A stretch of 64,000 nt of DNA from Oscillibacter sp. (GTDB taxonomy: Bacteria > Bacillota > Clostridia > Oscillospirales > Oscillospiraceae): positions 30,998 through 94,997 of the forward strand of contig JAAVHC010000001.1 of NCBI GenBank assembly GCA_014799925.1. The letters run 5' to 3'. Below the pieces are notes generated by a model. That model did no database searches, was not told the DNA's origin, and saw only the letters and a list, made by a program, of their open reading frames with translations. Below are positions 17,986 through 26,651 of this stretch, piece by piece. A program made the translations under genes and the position numbers. Every line of letters starts with the position of its first letter. The stretch's first letter is position 1.

Positions 17986-19353
17986 ATGGAAGAGAAAGAA
18001 ATCAGGCCGCAGGAAAACAAAATGGGCGTCCTGCCCATCAACAAGCTGCTGGTGAGCATGTCGGTGCCTATTATGCTCAGTATGCTGGTGCAGGCCATGT
18101 ACAACATCGTGGACAGCGTCTTTGTCTCCCGGATCAGTGAGAACGCGCTGAACGCGGTGAGCCTGGCCTTCCCGGTGCAGAACCTGATGATCGCGGTGGC
18201 GACCGGCACCGGCGTGGGCATCAACGCCCTGCTGAGCAAGAGCCTGGGGGAGAAGCGTTTTGACCGGGCCAACCTGGCCGCCTCCAACGGTTTGTTCCTG
18301 GGGATTTGCAGCGCGGTGGTGTTTGCGGTGCTGGGCGCCCTGTTCTCCCGGACGTTTTTCATGGTCCAGACGGGCGTGGAGGAAATCGTGGAGGGCGGCG
18401 CCGCCTATATCCGGGTGTGCAGCGTCTGTTCCTTCGGCATCTTTATTGCCATTACCGTGGAACGTCTTCTCCAGGCCACCGGAAAAACCATTTACACCAT
18501 GATCACTCAGATGCTGGGGGCTGTAATCAACCTCATCTTTGACCCCATTTTTATCTTCGTGTTTGGCATGGGCGTGGCTGGCGCGGCCTGGGCCACGGTG
18601 CTGGGGCAGGTGATTGGCGCGGCGCTGGGAATCTACTTCAACGCAACGAAAAATACGGAGATCACCCTGACTCTTCGGGGCTTCCGGCCCAACGGGGAGA
18701 TCATCAGACGCATTTACTCCGTAGGCGTGCCTTCTATCATTATGGCCTCCATCGGGTCGGTGATGACCTTTGGCCTGAACAGGATCCTCATCGACTTCAC
18801 CACCACCGCCACCGCTGTGTTCGGCGTGTATTTCAAGCTTCAGAGCTTTGTGTTCATGCCGGTGTTCGGCCTGAACAACGGCATGGTGCCCATTGTGGCG
18901 TACAACTTCGGCGCGCGAAAGCCGGACCGGATGATAAAAACCGTGAAGCTGGCGATTGTCTACGCCACCTGCATCATGCTTCTGGGCATGGCGGTTTTCC
19001 AGCTGCTTTCCCCTGCGCTGCTGGGCTTTTTTGACCCCTCGGACTACATGCTGGAAATTGGCGTGCCGGCTCTGCGGACGATCAGTCTCAGCTTTCTGTT
19101 CGCGGGATTTATCATTGTCTCATCCTCCTTTTTCCAGGCGCTGGGACATGGGGGATTAAGTCTCACCCTCTCCCTGGTGCGGCAGCTGATCGTGCTTCTG
19201 CCGACGGCGTGGCTGCTGAGCCTGTCGGGGAAACTGGGACTGGTCTGGCTGGCGTTTCCCATTGCGGAGATTTTCACGGTGATCCTGGCCGTAATTCTCC
19301 TGACCTACACGTACCGGAAGGAGATCAGGCCGCTGCTGGCGGAAGCCGAGTGA
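17986..19353 (+). CDS. MATE family efflux transporter
   Basis: N-terminus INKLLVSMSVPIMLSMLVQAMYNIVDSVFVSRI is typical of MATE. 12 TM segments. Confidence 0.9.
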   Translation: MEEKEIRPQENKMGVLPINKLLVSMSVPIMLSMLVQAMYNIVDSVFVSRISENALNAVSLAFPVQNLMIAVATGTGVGINALLSKSLGEKRFDRANLAASNGLFLGICSAVVFAVLGALFSRTFFMVQTGVEEIVEGGAAYIRVCSVCSFGIFIAITVERLLQATGKTIYTMITQMLGAVINLIFDPIFIFVFGMGVAGAAWATVLGQVIGAALGIYFNATKNTEITLTLRGFRPNGEIIRRIYSVGVPSIIMASIGSVMTFGLNRILIDFTTTATAVFGVYFKLQSFVFMPVFGLNNGMVPIVAYNFGARKPDRMIKTVKLAIVYATCIMLLGMAVFQLLSPALLGFFDPSDYMLEIGVPALRTISLSFLFAGFIIVSSSFFQALGHGGLSLTLSLVRQLIVLLPTAWLLSLSGKLGLVWLAFPIAEIFTVILAVILLTYTYRKEIRPLLAEAE

Positions 19354-19478
19354 TACTTTTCTTTCAAGAAAGGTATAGCTGACACACTTGAGAAAGTATA
19401 TGTTGGGCTTCGCCCAAACCCACCAGGGGCGTTGCCCCCGTGGGCCGCGCTTTGCGCGGCTTAGGGCTGGGGCGGCCC
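19354..19478 (-). repeat. Compound repeat: family 2 palindromic core followed by three consecutive GC-rich hairpins
   Basis: TACTTTTCTTTCAAGAAAGGTA (19354..19375), then TTGGGCTTCGCCCAA, CCACCAGGGGCGTTGCCCCCGTGG and GCCGCGCTTTGCGCGGC. Confidence 0.7.
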
Positions 19479-19534
19479 TGAATTTTATCATTTTTAGTGT
19501 GTCCACTTATACTGCAAAAAGCATCTTTTTGACA

Positions 19535-19571
19535 CGAAAAGACCGCCGGTCCCCCGTCAGGACCGGCGGTC
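19535..19571 (-). terminator. Intrinsic terminator of the nifS-iscU operon
   Basis: 12 bp stem GACCGCCGGTCC/GGACCGGCGGTC with a 7 nt loop, followed on the minus strand by TTTTCG. Lies 13 nt after the iscU stop. Confidence 0.75.
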
Positions 19572-19583
19572 TCATTATGTTCA

Positions 19584-20042
19584 TCAGTCTTCCTCGTGGC
19601 CGTGCTCATGCTCGTGGCCGCAGCAGCCCTCCGCGCAGTCGTCGCAGGGAGATTCAAAGGGTACGCCTTTGCGCTTGTAATAGTCGGCGATAGCGGCCTT
19701 GACGGCCTGCTCGGCCAGGACGGAGCAGTGGACCTTCACGGCGGGGAGGCCGTCCAGAGATTCCACCACGGCCTGGTTGGTGAGCTTCAGGGCCTCGCTG
19801 AGGGGCTTGCCCTTGATCATGTCGGTGGCGATGGAGCTGGTGGCGATGGCGGAGGCGCAGCCGAAGGTCTGGAACTTCACGTCCTCGATGATCTCGTCGT
19901 CGCTGATTTTCAGGTACATGCGCATGATGTCGCCGCACTTGGCGTTGCCCACCTCGCCGACGCCGTTGGCATCGTCCAGGGTGCCCACGTTGTGGGGATG
20001 GGCAAAGTGCTCCATTACTTTTTCACTGTATTCCATTGCCAT
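19584..20042 (-). CDS. iscU: Fe-S cluster assembly scaffold IscU/NifU-like, with Cys/His-rich C-terminal tail
   Basis: MAMEYSEKVMEHFAHPHNVG..GNAKCGDIM..FGCASAIA motifs. ATG at 20042 after GAAAGGAAA. The upstream part of ORF 19584..20186 was rejected. Confidence 0.9.
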   Translation of the reverse strand: MAMEYSEKVMEHFAHPHNVGTLDDANGVGEVGNAKCGDIMRMYLKISDDEIIEDVKFQTFGCASAIATSSIATDMIKGKPLSEALKLTNQAVVESLDGLPAVKVHCSVLAEQAVKAAIADYYKRKGVPFESPCDDCAEGCCGHEHEHGHEED

Positions 20043-20204
20043 AGCGGTTATTTCCTTTCTTTTATGGATGGTTGTTGTAAATTCCTCTTCGCGCCCTTTG
20101 GGTGTGAGGGTGAGGGAAGTTTGTTTCCATTCATCCTGGCCCGCCGGCCTGTTAAGGAGAGACTGCCCTGCAAGGGGCGCACGCACGGCCGTTATTCCGG
20201 ACGC

Positions 20205-21395
20205 TTATTCCTGGTATGGATCCGGCATCTTTTCAAGCATGTGCATCCACACCGGACTCATTTGTCTCAATGTTTTCACGACCTCCGGCACCTGCTCCAG
20301 AATGTAATCCACTTCTTCCATGGTGTTGTATTCGCACAGGCTCAGCCGCAGGGATCCATGGGCGATCTCATGGGGCATCCCCAGCGCCAGCAGCACATGG
20401 CTGGGGTCCAGGGACCCGCTGGTACACGCGCTGCCGGAGCTGGCGCAGATGCCCGCCAGGTCCAGCCGCAGCAGCAGGCTCTCTCCCTCGATGCCCTCGA
20501 AGCAGAAGCTGACTACGCCGGGAGCCTTGTGGTCCGGGTTTCCGTTGCACCGGGAATGAGGGATTCTGCTTAGGCCCGCGGTCAGCTTATCCCGCATGGC
20601 GGTAATGTGCGCCATGTTTTCCTCCATGTGCTCGCAGCTCTCTTTCAGCGCCGCCGCCATAGCCAGGATGGACGGGATGGCCTCCGTGCCGCCCCGCTTG
20701 CCCCGCTCCTGCGCGCCGCCCTCGATGAAGTTCTTCAGGCGGACCGACTTCTTGCAGTACAGGGCGCCTACGCCCTTGGGGGCGTGGAACTTGTGGCCGG
20801 AGAGGGACAGCATGTCGATGTTGTCCGCCGCCACGTCCACAGGTACGTGCCCCACCGCCTGAACGGCGTCGGTATGGAACAGCACGCCCTTTTCCCGGCA
20901 GACCGCGCCGATCTCCCGGATGGGCTGGAGGGTGCCGATCTCGTTGTTGACGTACATGATGGTCACCAGGCAGGTGTCCTCCCGGATGGCGGCCTTCAGC
21001 TCCTCCACCCGGACCAGCCCGTCCCCATGGACCGGTAGGTAGGTGACCTCAAAGCCCTGCTTTTCCAGCTTCTTCAGTGTGTGCAGCACCGCGTGGTGCT
21101 CAATGGTGTCGGAAATGATGTGCTTTTTGCCCTTTTCCGCTCCCATGCGGGCTCCCTCGGTGATGGCCCAGTTGTCGGCCTCGGTGCCGCAGCCGGTGAA
21201 GTAAATTTCCCGTGCCTCGGCGTTCAGGCATTTGGCAATGGTTTCTCTGGCGTCCATTAAAGCGTAATTGGCCTCCCGGCCCTTCTGGTGCAGGGAGCTG
21301 GGGTTGCCGTACACCTCGCCCATGGCGGGGAGCATGGCGTTTACCGCCGTCTTGCTCATGGCAGTGGTGGCGGCATTGTCCGCGTAAACAAACAT
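20205..21395 (-). CDS. nifS: Cysteine desulfurase NifS/IscS type (PLP-dependent)
   Basis: Class V aminotransferase motifs: SLSGHKFHAPKGVGALY (PLP lysine) and SSGSACTSG (active-site Cys loop). Confidence 0.92.
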   Translation of the reverse strand: MFVYADNAATTAMSKTAVNAMLPAMGEVYGNPSSLHQKGREANYALMDARETIAKCLNAEAREIYFTGCGTEADNWAITEGARMGAEKGKKHIISDTIEHHAVLHTLKKLEKQGFEVTYLPVHGDGLVRVEELKAAIREDTCLVTIMYVNNEIGTLQPIREIGAVCREKGVLFHTDAVQAVGHVPVDVAADNIDMLSLSGHKFHAPKGVGALYCKKSVRLKNFIEGGAQERGKRGGTEAIPSILAMAAALKESCEHMEENMAHITAMRDKLTAGLSRIPHSRCNGNPDHKAPGVVSFCFEGIEGESLLLRLDLAGICASSGSACTSGSLDPSHVLLALGMPHEIAHGSLRLSLCEYNTMEEVDYILEQVPEVVKTLRQMSPVWMHMLEKMPDPYQE

Positions 21396-21494
21396 GAAGC
21401 GAATTCCTTCTTTCTTGTGATGGCCGCAGGTCCGTGGCCCTGTTTTCCCTGTTTCCTATAGGGATATATGAATTATGGACGAAAATCGGGGCGT

Positions 21495-21953
21495 TCAGCA
21501 GTTGCAGCGCTGGCTCTCATGACCGGCACGGCGGGCGTCCAGCCGCCGCTGTTTGTCCACCAGGTCGGCCAGGGTCACATGGTCCACCACGTTGCTGATG
21601 GCCTGATCCACCTGTTCCCACAGGTCCAGCGTGACGCAGGCCTTGCACCGGGCGCACTGATTGACCTCGTCGTCCATGCAGGAAACGGGGGAGAGGCTGC
21701 CCTCCACCGTGCGGAGGATCATCCCGACCGTGATGTCCTCCGGACTTTTCATCAGGTGGTAGCCGCCCTTGGCCCCGCGCACACTGTGGACCAGCCCGGA
21801 GCGCACCAGCACGGGAATGATCTGCTCCAGATATTTTTCGCTGATTCCCCGCCGGTCGGCCACGGACTTTACCGACAGGTTGACCCCATCGTCCTGCATG
21901 GCCAGCTCCAGCATCAGATGCAGGGCATAGCGGCTTTTTGCGGAAAGCTTCAC
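21495..21953 (-). CDS. Rrf2 family transcriptional regulator (IscR/CymR-like)
   Basis: GTG start. KLSAKSRYALHLMLELA.. N-terminal wHTH. Cys-containing region CMDDEVNQCARCKAC. First gene of the nifS-iscU operon. Confidence 0.9.
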   Translation of the reverse strand: MKLSAKSRYALHLMLELAMQDDGVNLSVKSVADRRGISEKYLEQIIPVLVRSGLVHSVRGAKGGYHLMKSPEDITVGMILRTVEGSLSPVSCMDDEVNQCARCKACVTLDLWEQVDQAISNVVDHVTLADLVDKQRRLDARRAGHESQRCNC

Positions 21954-21974
21954 AGCGTCACCGTCCTTTCCTGT

Positions 21975-22010
21975 AAATCCTATCTTAATCTAGGATTTAT
22001 TTCCTGTCAA
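21975..22010 (-). promoter_or_regulatory. Promoter of the Rrf2-nifS-iscU operon with overlapping palindromic operator
   Basis: Minus strand: TTGACA (22005..22010), 17 nt spacer, TAAGAT (21982..21987). Palindrome AAATCCTA-N8-TAGGATTT (21975..21998) covers the -10 region and spacer. Confidence 0.55.
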
Positions 22011-22145
22011 GCGGAATTTGCAACAAATTCCAGGGTTGGAACTTGGACACTCTGCCCAACAGTTTACAATTTCTGGCTTGGCAGAGTATTATTTCCGGGT
22101 TTTTGGCTCGGAAATAATGTTAGTCTGCCCAGTTGAGGTGGTTTT

Positions 22146-22236
22146 ATTACTTCCGAGCGAAAAGGTCGGAAGCAATACGTGCCCTGTTTTGCGGCTGCCG
22201 CCGTTTACGGCGGCGAGCAAAACGGCTCGGATCAAA
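22146..22236 (+). repeat. Two-hairpin interspersed repeat, family 1, copy 2 (a related extra hairpin lies at about 22080..22130)
   Basis: ATTACTTCCGA..TCGGAAGCAAT, then GTTTTGCGGCTGCCGCCGTTTACGGCGGCGAGCAAAACGGCT. Confidence 0.8.
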
Positions 22237-22276
22237 TAATATCTGCGGCAGCGGGACTGCTGTCTGAAAATTTCCC

Positions 22277-22305
22277 TTGCGTCGCCGTATCCGGGAAGCT
22301 ATAAT
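22277..22305 (+). promoter_or_regulatory. Sigma-A-like promoter for the PatB/MalY-type gene
   Basis: TTGCGT (22277..22282), 17 nt spacer, TATAAT (22300..22305). Lies 34 nt upstream of the ATG. Confidence 0.5.
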
Positions 22306-22338
22306 AGGGAAAGAAAGCAGGAAAGGAAATCTTCCGAC

Positions 22339-23544
22339 ATGAAATATGATTTTACCACGATTTTAGACCGCCGCGGCCGGGACGCCATGGCCGTGGACGC
22401 TCCGGGCGGCATGCCCGGATTTGGCCTCTCCAGGCCCAGGGAGGGCTTCGATCTCATTCCCATGTGGGTGGCGGATATGAATTTCCCCGCTGTTCCCACG
22501 ATTCCGCAGGCGATCATGGAGCGGGCGCGGCACGCCGCCTACGGTTATTTCCAGCCGCCGGAGGGATATTTTGACGCCATCATCCGCTGGCAGGCGGACC
22601 GCAACGGCGTGACCGGCCTGACCGGGGAGTGCATCGGCTATGAAAACGGCGTTCTGGGCGGTGTGCTCAGCGCCCTGGGCGCGGTGTGCTCCAGGGGGGA
22701 GGAGGTGCTGGTTCACTCGCCCACCTACATCGGGTTTACCAGCTGCATGGAGAACTGTGGCTATCGCATCGTCCACAGCCCCATGGTCCGGGATGGGGAC
22801 GGAGTCTGGCGGATGGATTTCGAGGACATGGAGAAAAAACTGGCGGAGCACCGGATCCATGCGGCGGTTTTCTGTTCGCCCCACAATCCATGCGGCCGGG
22901 TCTGGGAGCGCTGGGAGATCGAGCGGGCCATGGAGCTGTTCCGGGAGTATGGCGTGTTTGTGATTTCCGACGAAATCTGGTCCGACCTTACTCTTTCCGG
23001 TTACAGGCACATCCCCACCCAGTCTGTTTCCGAGGACGCCCGGCGGCGGACCGTGGCCCTGTACGCGCCCTCCAAGACCTTTAACCTGGCGGGGCTTGTT
23101 GGCAGCTACCGGATCATCTACGATCCGTGGCTCCGGGACAGAGTGGAGCGGGAAGCGTCCCTGTCCCACTATAACAACATGAATGTGCTGTCCATGCACG
23201 CGCTGATGGGCGCTTACAGCCCGGAGGGCCGGGAGTGGGTGGACGAGCTGCGGCAGGTACTGACGGAAAATGTGGACTACGCCACGGATTTCATCCGGGA
23301 GCACTTCAAGGGCGTGGAGCTGTTCAAGCCCCAGGGGACCTACATGCTGTTCCTGGACTGCACCGAGTGGTGCGCTCATCACGGCAAGACCATCGGCGAG
23401 CTCCTGCAAGCCGGCTGGGACGTGGGCGTGGCCTGGCAGGACGGACGGTCCTTCCACGGCCCCTGTCATATCCGGATGAACCTGGCGCTGCCTCTGAGCC
23501 GGGTGCGGGAGGCCATGGCGAGGCTGGAGAAGCACGTGTTTTGA
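22339..23544 (+). CDS. MalY/PatB-family PLP-dependent C-S lyase (cystathionine beta-lyase-type aminotransferase)
   Basis: DLIPMWVADMNFP, SPHNPCGRVW and YAPSKTFNLAG (PLP lysine) motifs characteristic of MalY/PatB. Confidence 0.85.
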   Translation: MKYDFTTILDRRGRDAMAVDAPGGMPGFGLSRPREGFDLIPMWVADMNFPAVPTIPQAIMERARHAAYGYFQPPEGYFDAIIRWQADRNGVTGLTGECIGYENGVLGGVLSALGAVCSRGEEVLVHSPTYIGFTSCMENCGYRIVHSPMVRDGDGVWRMDFEDMEKKLAEHRIHAAVFCSPHNPCGRVWERWEIERAMELFREYGVFVISDEIWSDLTLSGYRHIPTQSVSEDARRRTVALYAPSKTFNLAGLVGSYRIIYDPWLRDRVEREASLSHYNNMNVLSMHALMGAYSPEGREWVDELRQVLTENVDYATDFIREHFKGVELFKPQGTYMLFLDCTEWCAHHGKTIGELLQAGWDVGVAWQDGRSFHGPCHIRMNLALPLSRVREAMARLEKHVF

Positions 23545-23683
23545 GGAAATAGAAATGCCAAAGGTAAAACCTGCGATTACGGACGGCAGATGCATTTTAA
23601 AGTGGAAAAATATTTGATGCCAGATGCCCGGATGAAGGCAGAGTGGGCATTCACGGAGAAGCCGTGGATAATTGACGGTCCGT

Positions 23684-23728
23684 AAAAACCAACAGGCGGC
23701 AAGACTGGAAAGTCTTGCCGCCTGTTGG
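23684..23728. terminator. Strong hairpin terminator between convergent genes
   Basis: Perfect 18 bp stem CCAACAGGCGGCAAGACT / AGTCTTGCCGCCTGTTGG with loop GGAA. An A5 run upstream provides the T-run for the minus-strand VWA/MoxR operon. Confidence 0.8.
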
Positions 23729-23754
23729 ATACTATTTCTTTCAAGAAAAAGCAT
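23729..23754 (-). repeat. Family 2 palindromic core, copy B
   Basis: ATACTATTTCTTTCAAGAAAAAGCAT closely matches the reverse complement of the core at 27485..27512. Confidence 0.65.
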
Positions 23755-25022
23755 TATTTCATCAATTTCCGGCACGACCGGGTCAGCTCCTCCAGGGTGG
23801 AGCATGGCGCCATCTGGCAGAGGCCCGCCATGGTCTGGATGCTGGCCATATAGGGCCACTTCCGCTGGGGGATGGGGTTCAGCCACAGCACCCGGCCCGC
23901 CTGACGGCGGGCCTCCACCAGGGCCTGAGCGGCGCGGGGGAGGTCGATGGTCTTGGTGTCCGACAAAATCAGCAGGGTAGTGGAGGGGCCCAGCGCCGGG
24001 GGGCGGTGCCGGCACAGCTCCTCCAGGGCCTGTCCCAGATCGGTGCCCCGGCCAAAGAGGCCGGAGGAGCGGACGTAATCCCGGAAAGCGTCCATATTTT
24101 GCAGGGCGAAGGGGTCCACTTCACGAGTCTCCTCAGAAAAGAGAAAGGTCTGGGAGGACTCGGACACCTCGCTCATGGACTTGATGAACCGCAGCACGAA
24201 CTCCGAAAATTGCAGCATGGACCCGGACACGTCGCACAGCAGCACCAACCGCCGCTTCTTCTGCCGTTTTTTGCGGTAGGCGAGGCGGTAGAAGCTGCCG
24301 CCGGTTTCCAACCCCTTCCGGATGGTGCGGCGGAAATCCAGCTTGCCGCTGTGGCCCCGGTTCTGGCGCTTGCGGCTCAGTTCCGCGTCCAGCTGCCGGG
24401 AGATGGCGGCAATCAGGGCGGCGGCCCGGGGGATGTCGGCTTCCCTGAACTGGGAGATGTCCCGGTATAGCAGGGCCATGTCCGGGTCCAGCGCCTCGCT
24501 GCCCGTGGCGGCGTCGTCCTCCATGGCCATCTGCTGTTCCAGCAGGAAGCGCATGAATACCGAGCGGATGAAGTTGCTGTACAATTTTGGGCTGCGCCGG
24601 AGGTTGCCCTGCATTTTTTCCAGCATCTGCCGCAGCTGGTCCCGCTTCTCCTCGCTCATGCGGACGTAGACCTCCTGGAGGTCCTCACGCAGGTTCATGG
24701 GCTGGCCGCCCACCTGCATGTCCTGTTCGGCCTCCCGGCGGCGGCGGGCCATTTCCTGCGCCTGCGCCTCCTGCTTCCGCCGGATGGCGTCCCGTTGCTC
24801 CACGCTGACAAAGAAGCCGTCAAAGCAGTGCTGGAAGAGGGTCTGCTCCTCGCGGCTCTTGGCGTAGACCGCCTGGAGGACCAGGCGGACGGTTTCCCGG
24901 TCGGTGAGATCCAGAAGCGACAGGATCTCACAGGTGTCCGCCGTCTCCTGGGTGCCCACCGCAAGGCCCTCTCCCCGCAGCATGGCGGAGAATTCCGCCA
25001 GCTTTTCCAGATAGACGCTCAT
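23754..25022 (-). CDS. VWA domain protein, CoxE-like
   Basis: N-terminal CoxE-type region, then the VWA MIDAS region LLCDVSGSM. Start overlaps the MoxR stop (ATGA). Confidence 0.8.
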   Translation of the reverse strand: MSVYLEKLAEFSAMLRGEGLAVGTQETADTCEILSLLDLTDRETVRLVLQAVYAKSREEQTLFQHCFDGFFVSVEQRDAIRRKQEAQAQEMARRRREAEQDMQVGGQPMNLREDLQEVYVRMSEEKRDQLRQMLEKMQGNLRRSPKLYSNFIRSVFMRFLLEQQMAMEDDAATGSEALDPDMALLYRDISQFREADIPRAAALIAAISRQLDAELSRKRQNRGHSGKLDFRRTIRKGLETGGSFYRLAYRKKRQKKRRLVLLCDVSGSMLQFSEFVLRFIKSMSEVSESSQTFLFSEETREVDPFALQNMDAFRDYVRSSGLFGRGTDLGQALEELCRHRPPALGPSTTLLILSDTKTIDLPRAAQALVEARRQAGRVLWLNPIPQRKWPYMASIQTMAGLCQMAPCSTLEELTRSCRKLMK

Positions 25023-25957
25023 GCCTGGTGGCGGCCGCAGGCGCCGCAGTGCTCGTGGTCCTGCCCGTGGCTGTGTCCGTGGTCGTGGTCATGGCCGCAG
25101 CCGCGGCCCTGACCGTAGAGAACGTCTCCGGCGGCCTCCATATCCTCGCTGCTTTTCAGCACGAACCCCATGGTCTGCCGGGCGGCGTCCATGGTCAGAT
25201 CGCGGATCCCCAGCGCCTCCAGGGCGGAGGTCCAGTCCAGTGTTTCGGCGATGGAGGGCTTTTTCAGGATGGACTCGCTCTCGCGGAGGCTGTGGATGGC
25301 CTGGGCCACCTGAACGGCCAGATGTTCGCCGACGTTGGGGCGCTTGGCCTTGATAATGGCGGTTTCCTTTTCGATATCCGGGTATTGCAGGTAGAGATAG
25401 GCGCACCGCCGCCGCAGCGCCTCGCCCAGGGGGCGGGTCCGGTTGGAGGTCAGGACCACAAAGGGGATGGACCTGGCCGGAATGGTACCCACCTCAGGGA
25501 TGGTGACCTGCATCTCGGAGAGAAGCTCCAGCAGGAACGCCTCAAATTCCTCGTCCGCCTTGTCGATCTCGTCGATGAGCAGCACCACCGGCTTTTCCGA
25601 CCGGATGGCCCGCAGCAGGGGACGCTCCAACAGGTATTCGTCGCTGAAAAGGGACCGGGTCAGCTCGTCCGCGTCCCGCCGGTTCATCTGAACCTGAATG
25701 CTGAGCAGCTGTTTCTGATAGTTCCACTCGTAGAGGGCCTTGCTCTCATCCAGCCCCTCGTAGCACTGGAGGCGTACCAGTTCCCGGTCCAGGGCGGAGG
25801 CCATGACCTTCGCGATTTCCGTTTTGCCGACGCCCGCCGGCCCCTCGATCAGCAGGGGACGGCCCAGCCGCAGCGCCACCAGCAGCGTGGCGGCCACATC
25901 GCCGCCGCAGATATATTTGGCCTCGTCCAGGCGGGCCTGTAAAGCAGGAATGTCCAT
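25019..25957 (-). CDS. MoxR/CoxD-like AAA+ ATPase with His-rich C-terminal tail
   Basis: ATG at 25957 lies 6 nt after AAGGAGA. Walker A GPAGVGKTE, Walker B LLIDEIDKA. Tail GCGHDHDHGHSHGQDHEHCGACG. Confidence 0.85.
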   Translation of the reverse strand: MDIPALQARLDEAKYICGGDVAATLLVALRLGRPLLIEGPAGVGKTEIAKVMASALDRELVRLQCYEGLDESKALYEWNYQKQLLSIQVQMNRRDADELTRSLFSDEYLLERPLLRAIRSEKPVVLLIDEIDKADEEFEAFLLELLSEMQVTIPEVGTIPARSIPFVVLTSNRTRPLGEALRRRCAYLYLQYPDIEKETAIIKAKRPNVGEHLAVQVAQAIHSLRESESILKKPSIAETLDWTSALEALGIRDLTMDAARQTMGFVLKSSEDMEAAGDVLYGQGRGCGHDHDHGHSHGQDHEHCGACGRHQA

Positions 25958-26102
25958 ATACAGTCTCCTTTGTGAAGCATTTAACAGAAAGCCGTCCAAA
26001 TGATACCATAATTTCGGAGAAAATGCAATGAAATTTTACTGGAAAAACGGACGGCAATGGAGTACAATAGGGGCGACAGAACCATACAGGGGAGGAAGCG
26101 CC

Positions 26103-26642
26103 ATGACAGAACGGGAAATGATCGACCTGGCAGTAGCAATGGGCTTTGCCAACGCGGCGGTGATGGATACGGAGCGGCTGGTATTTGTACCCACCTTCCG
26201 GCCATTATGTCAGGAGAATCTCTGCGGGAAGTATGGCGTCAACTACGCCTGTCCGCCGGACTGCGGCACGGTGGAGGAGATGGCCGCCCGAATCCGGCGC
26301 TGGCCCAAGGCCCTGGTCATGCAGACCATGTGGGACATTGAGGACCCTATGGACGAGGCCCGGACCAAACCCGCCAAGGGGACCCACAACAAAATGACCC
26401 GGCAGCTGATTGATCAGATGGGACGGCCCGGACTGATGGTGGGAGCGGGAGGATGCAGTCTCTGCTCTCCCTGCGCCATCGTGGAGGGAAAGCCCTGCCG
26501 GTTCCCGGATAAGCGGTACTCCTGCATGTCGGCCTACTGCGTTTTTGTGCAGGAGATGGCGGAGAGCTGCGGGATGGAGTACGACTGCGGGTCGGGTGTG
26601 GTGGCGTTTTTCAGCATGTTCTGCTTTGATCCGGAGGAATGA
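26103..26642 (+). CDS. DUF2284-like Cys-rich predicted metal-binding protein
   Basis: ATG at 26103 after GGGAGGAAG. Cys motifs CQENLCGKYGVNYACPPDCG and GGCSLCSPCA..KPCRFPD. Family name recalled from memory. Confidence 0.55.
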   Translation: MTEREMIDLAVAMGFANAAVMDTERLVFVPTFRPLCQENLCGKYGVNYACPPDCGTVEEMAARIRRWPKALVMQTMWDIEDPMDEARTKPAKGTHNKMTRQLIDQMGRPGLMVGAGGCSLCSPCAIVEGKPCRFPDKRYSCMSAYCVFVQEMAESCGMEYDCGSGVVAFFSMFCFDPEE

Positions 26643-26651
26643 GGCGGCGCC

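Noticed and set aside
22240-22338. A possible S-box (SAM) or T-box leader upstream of the PatB/MalY-type C-S lyase gene.
   Set aside because: Only about 34 nt lie between the predicted TATAAT and the ATG. That is too short for either riboswitch, and none of their conserved boxes are visible.
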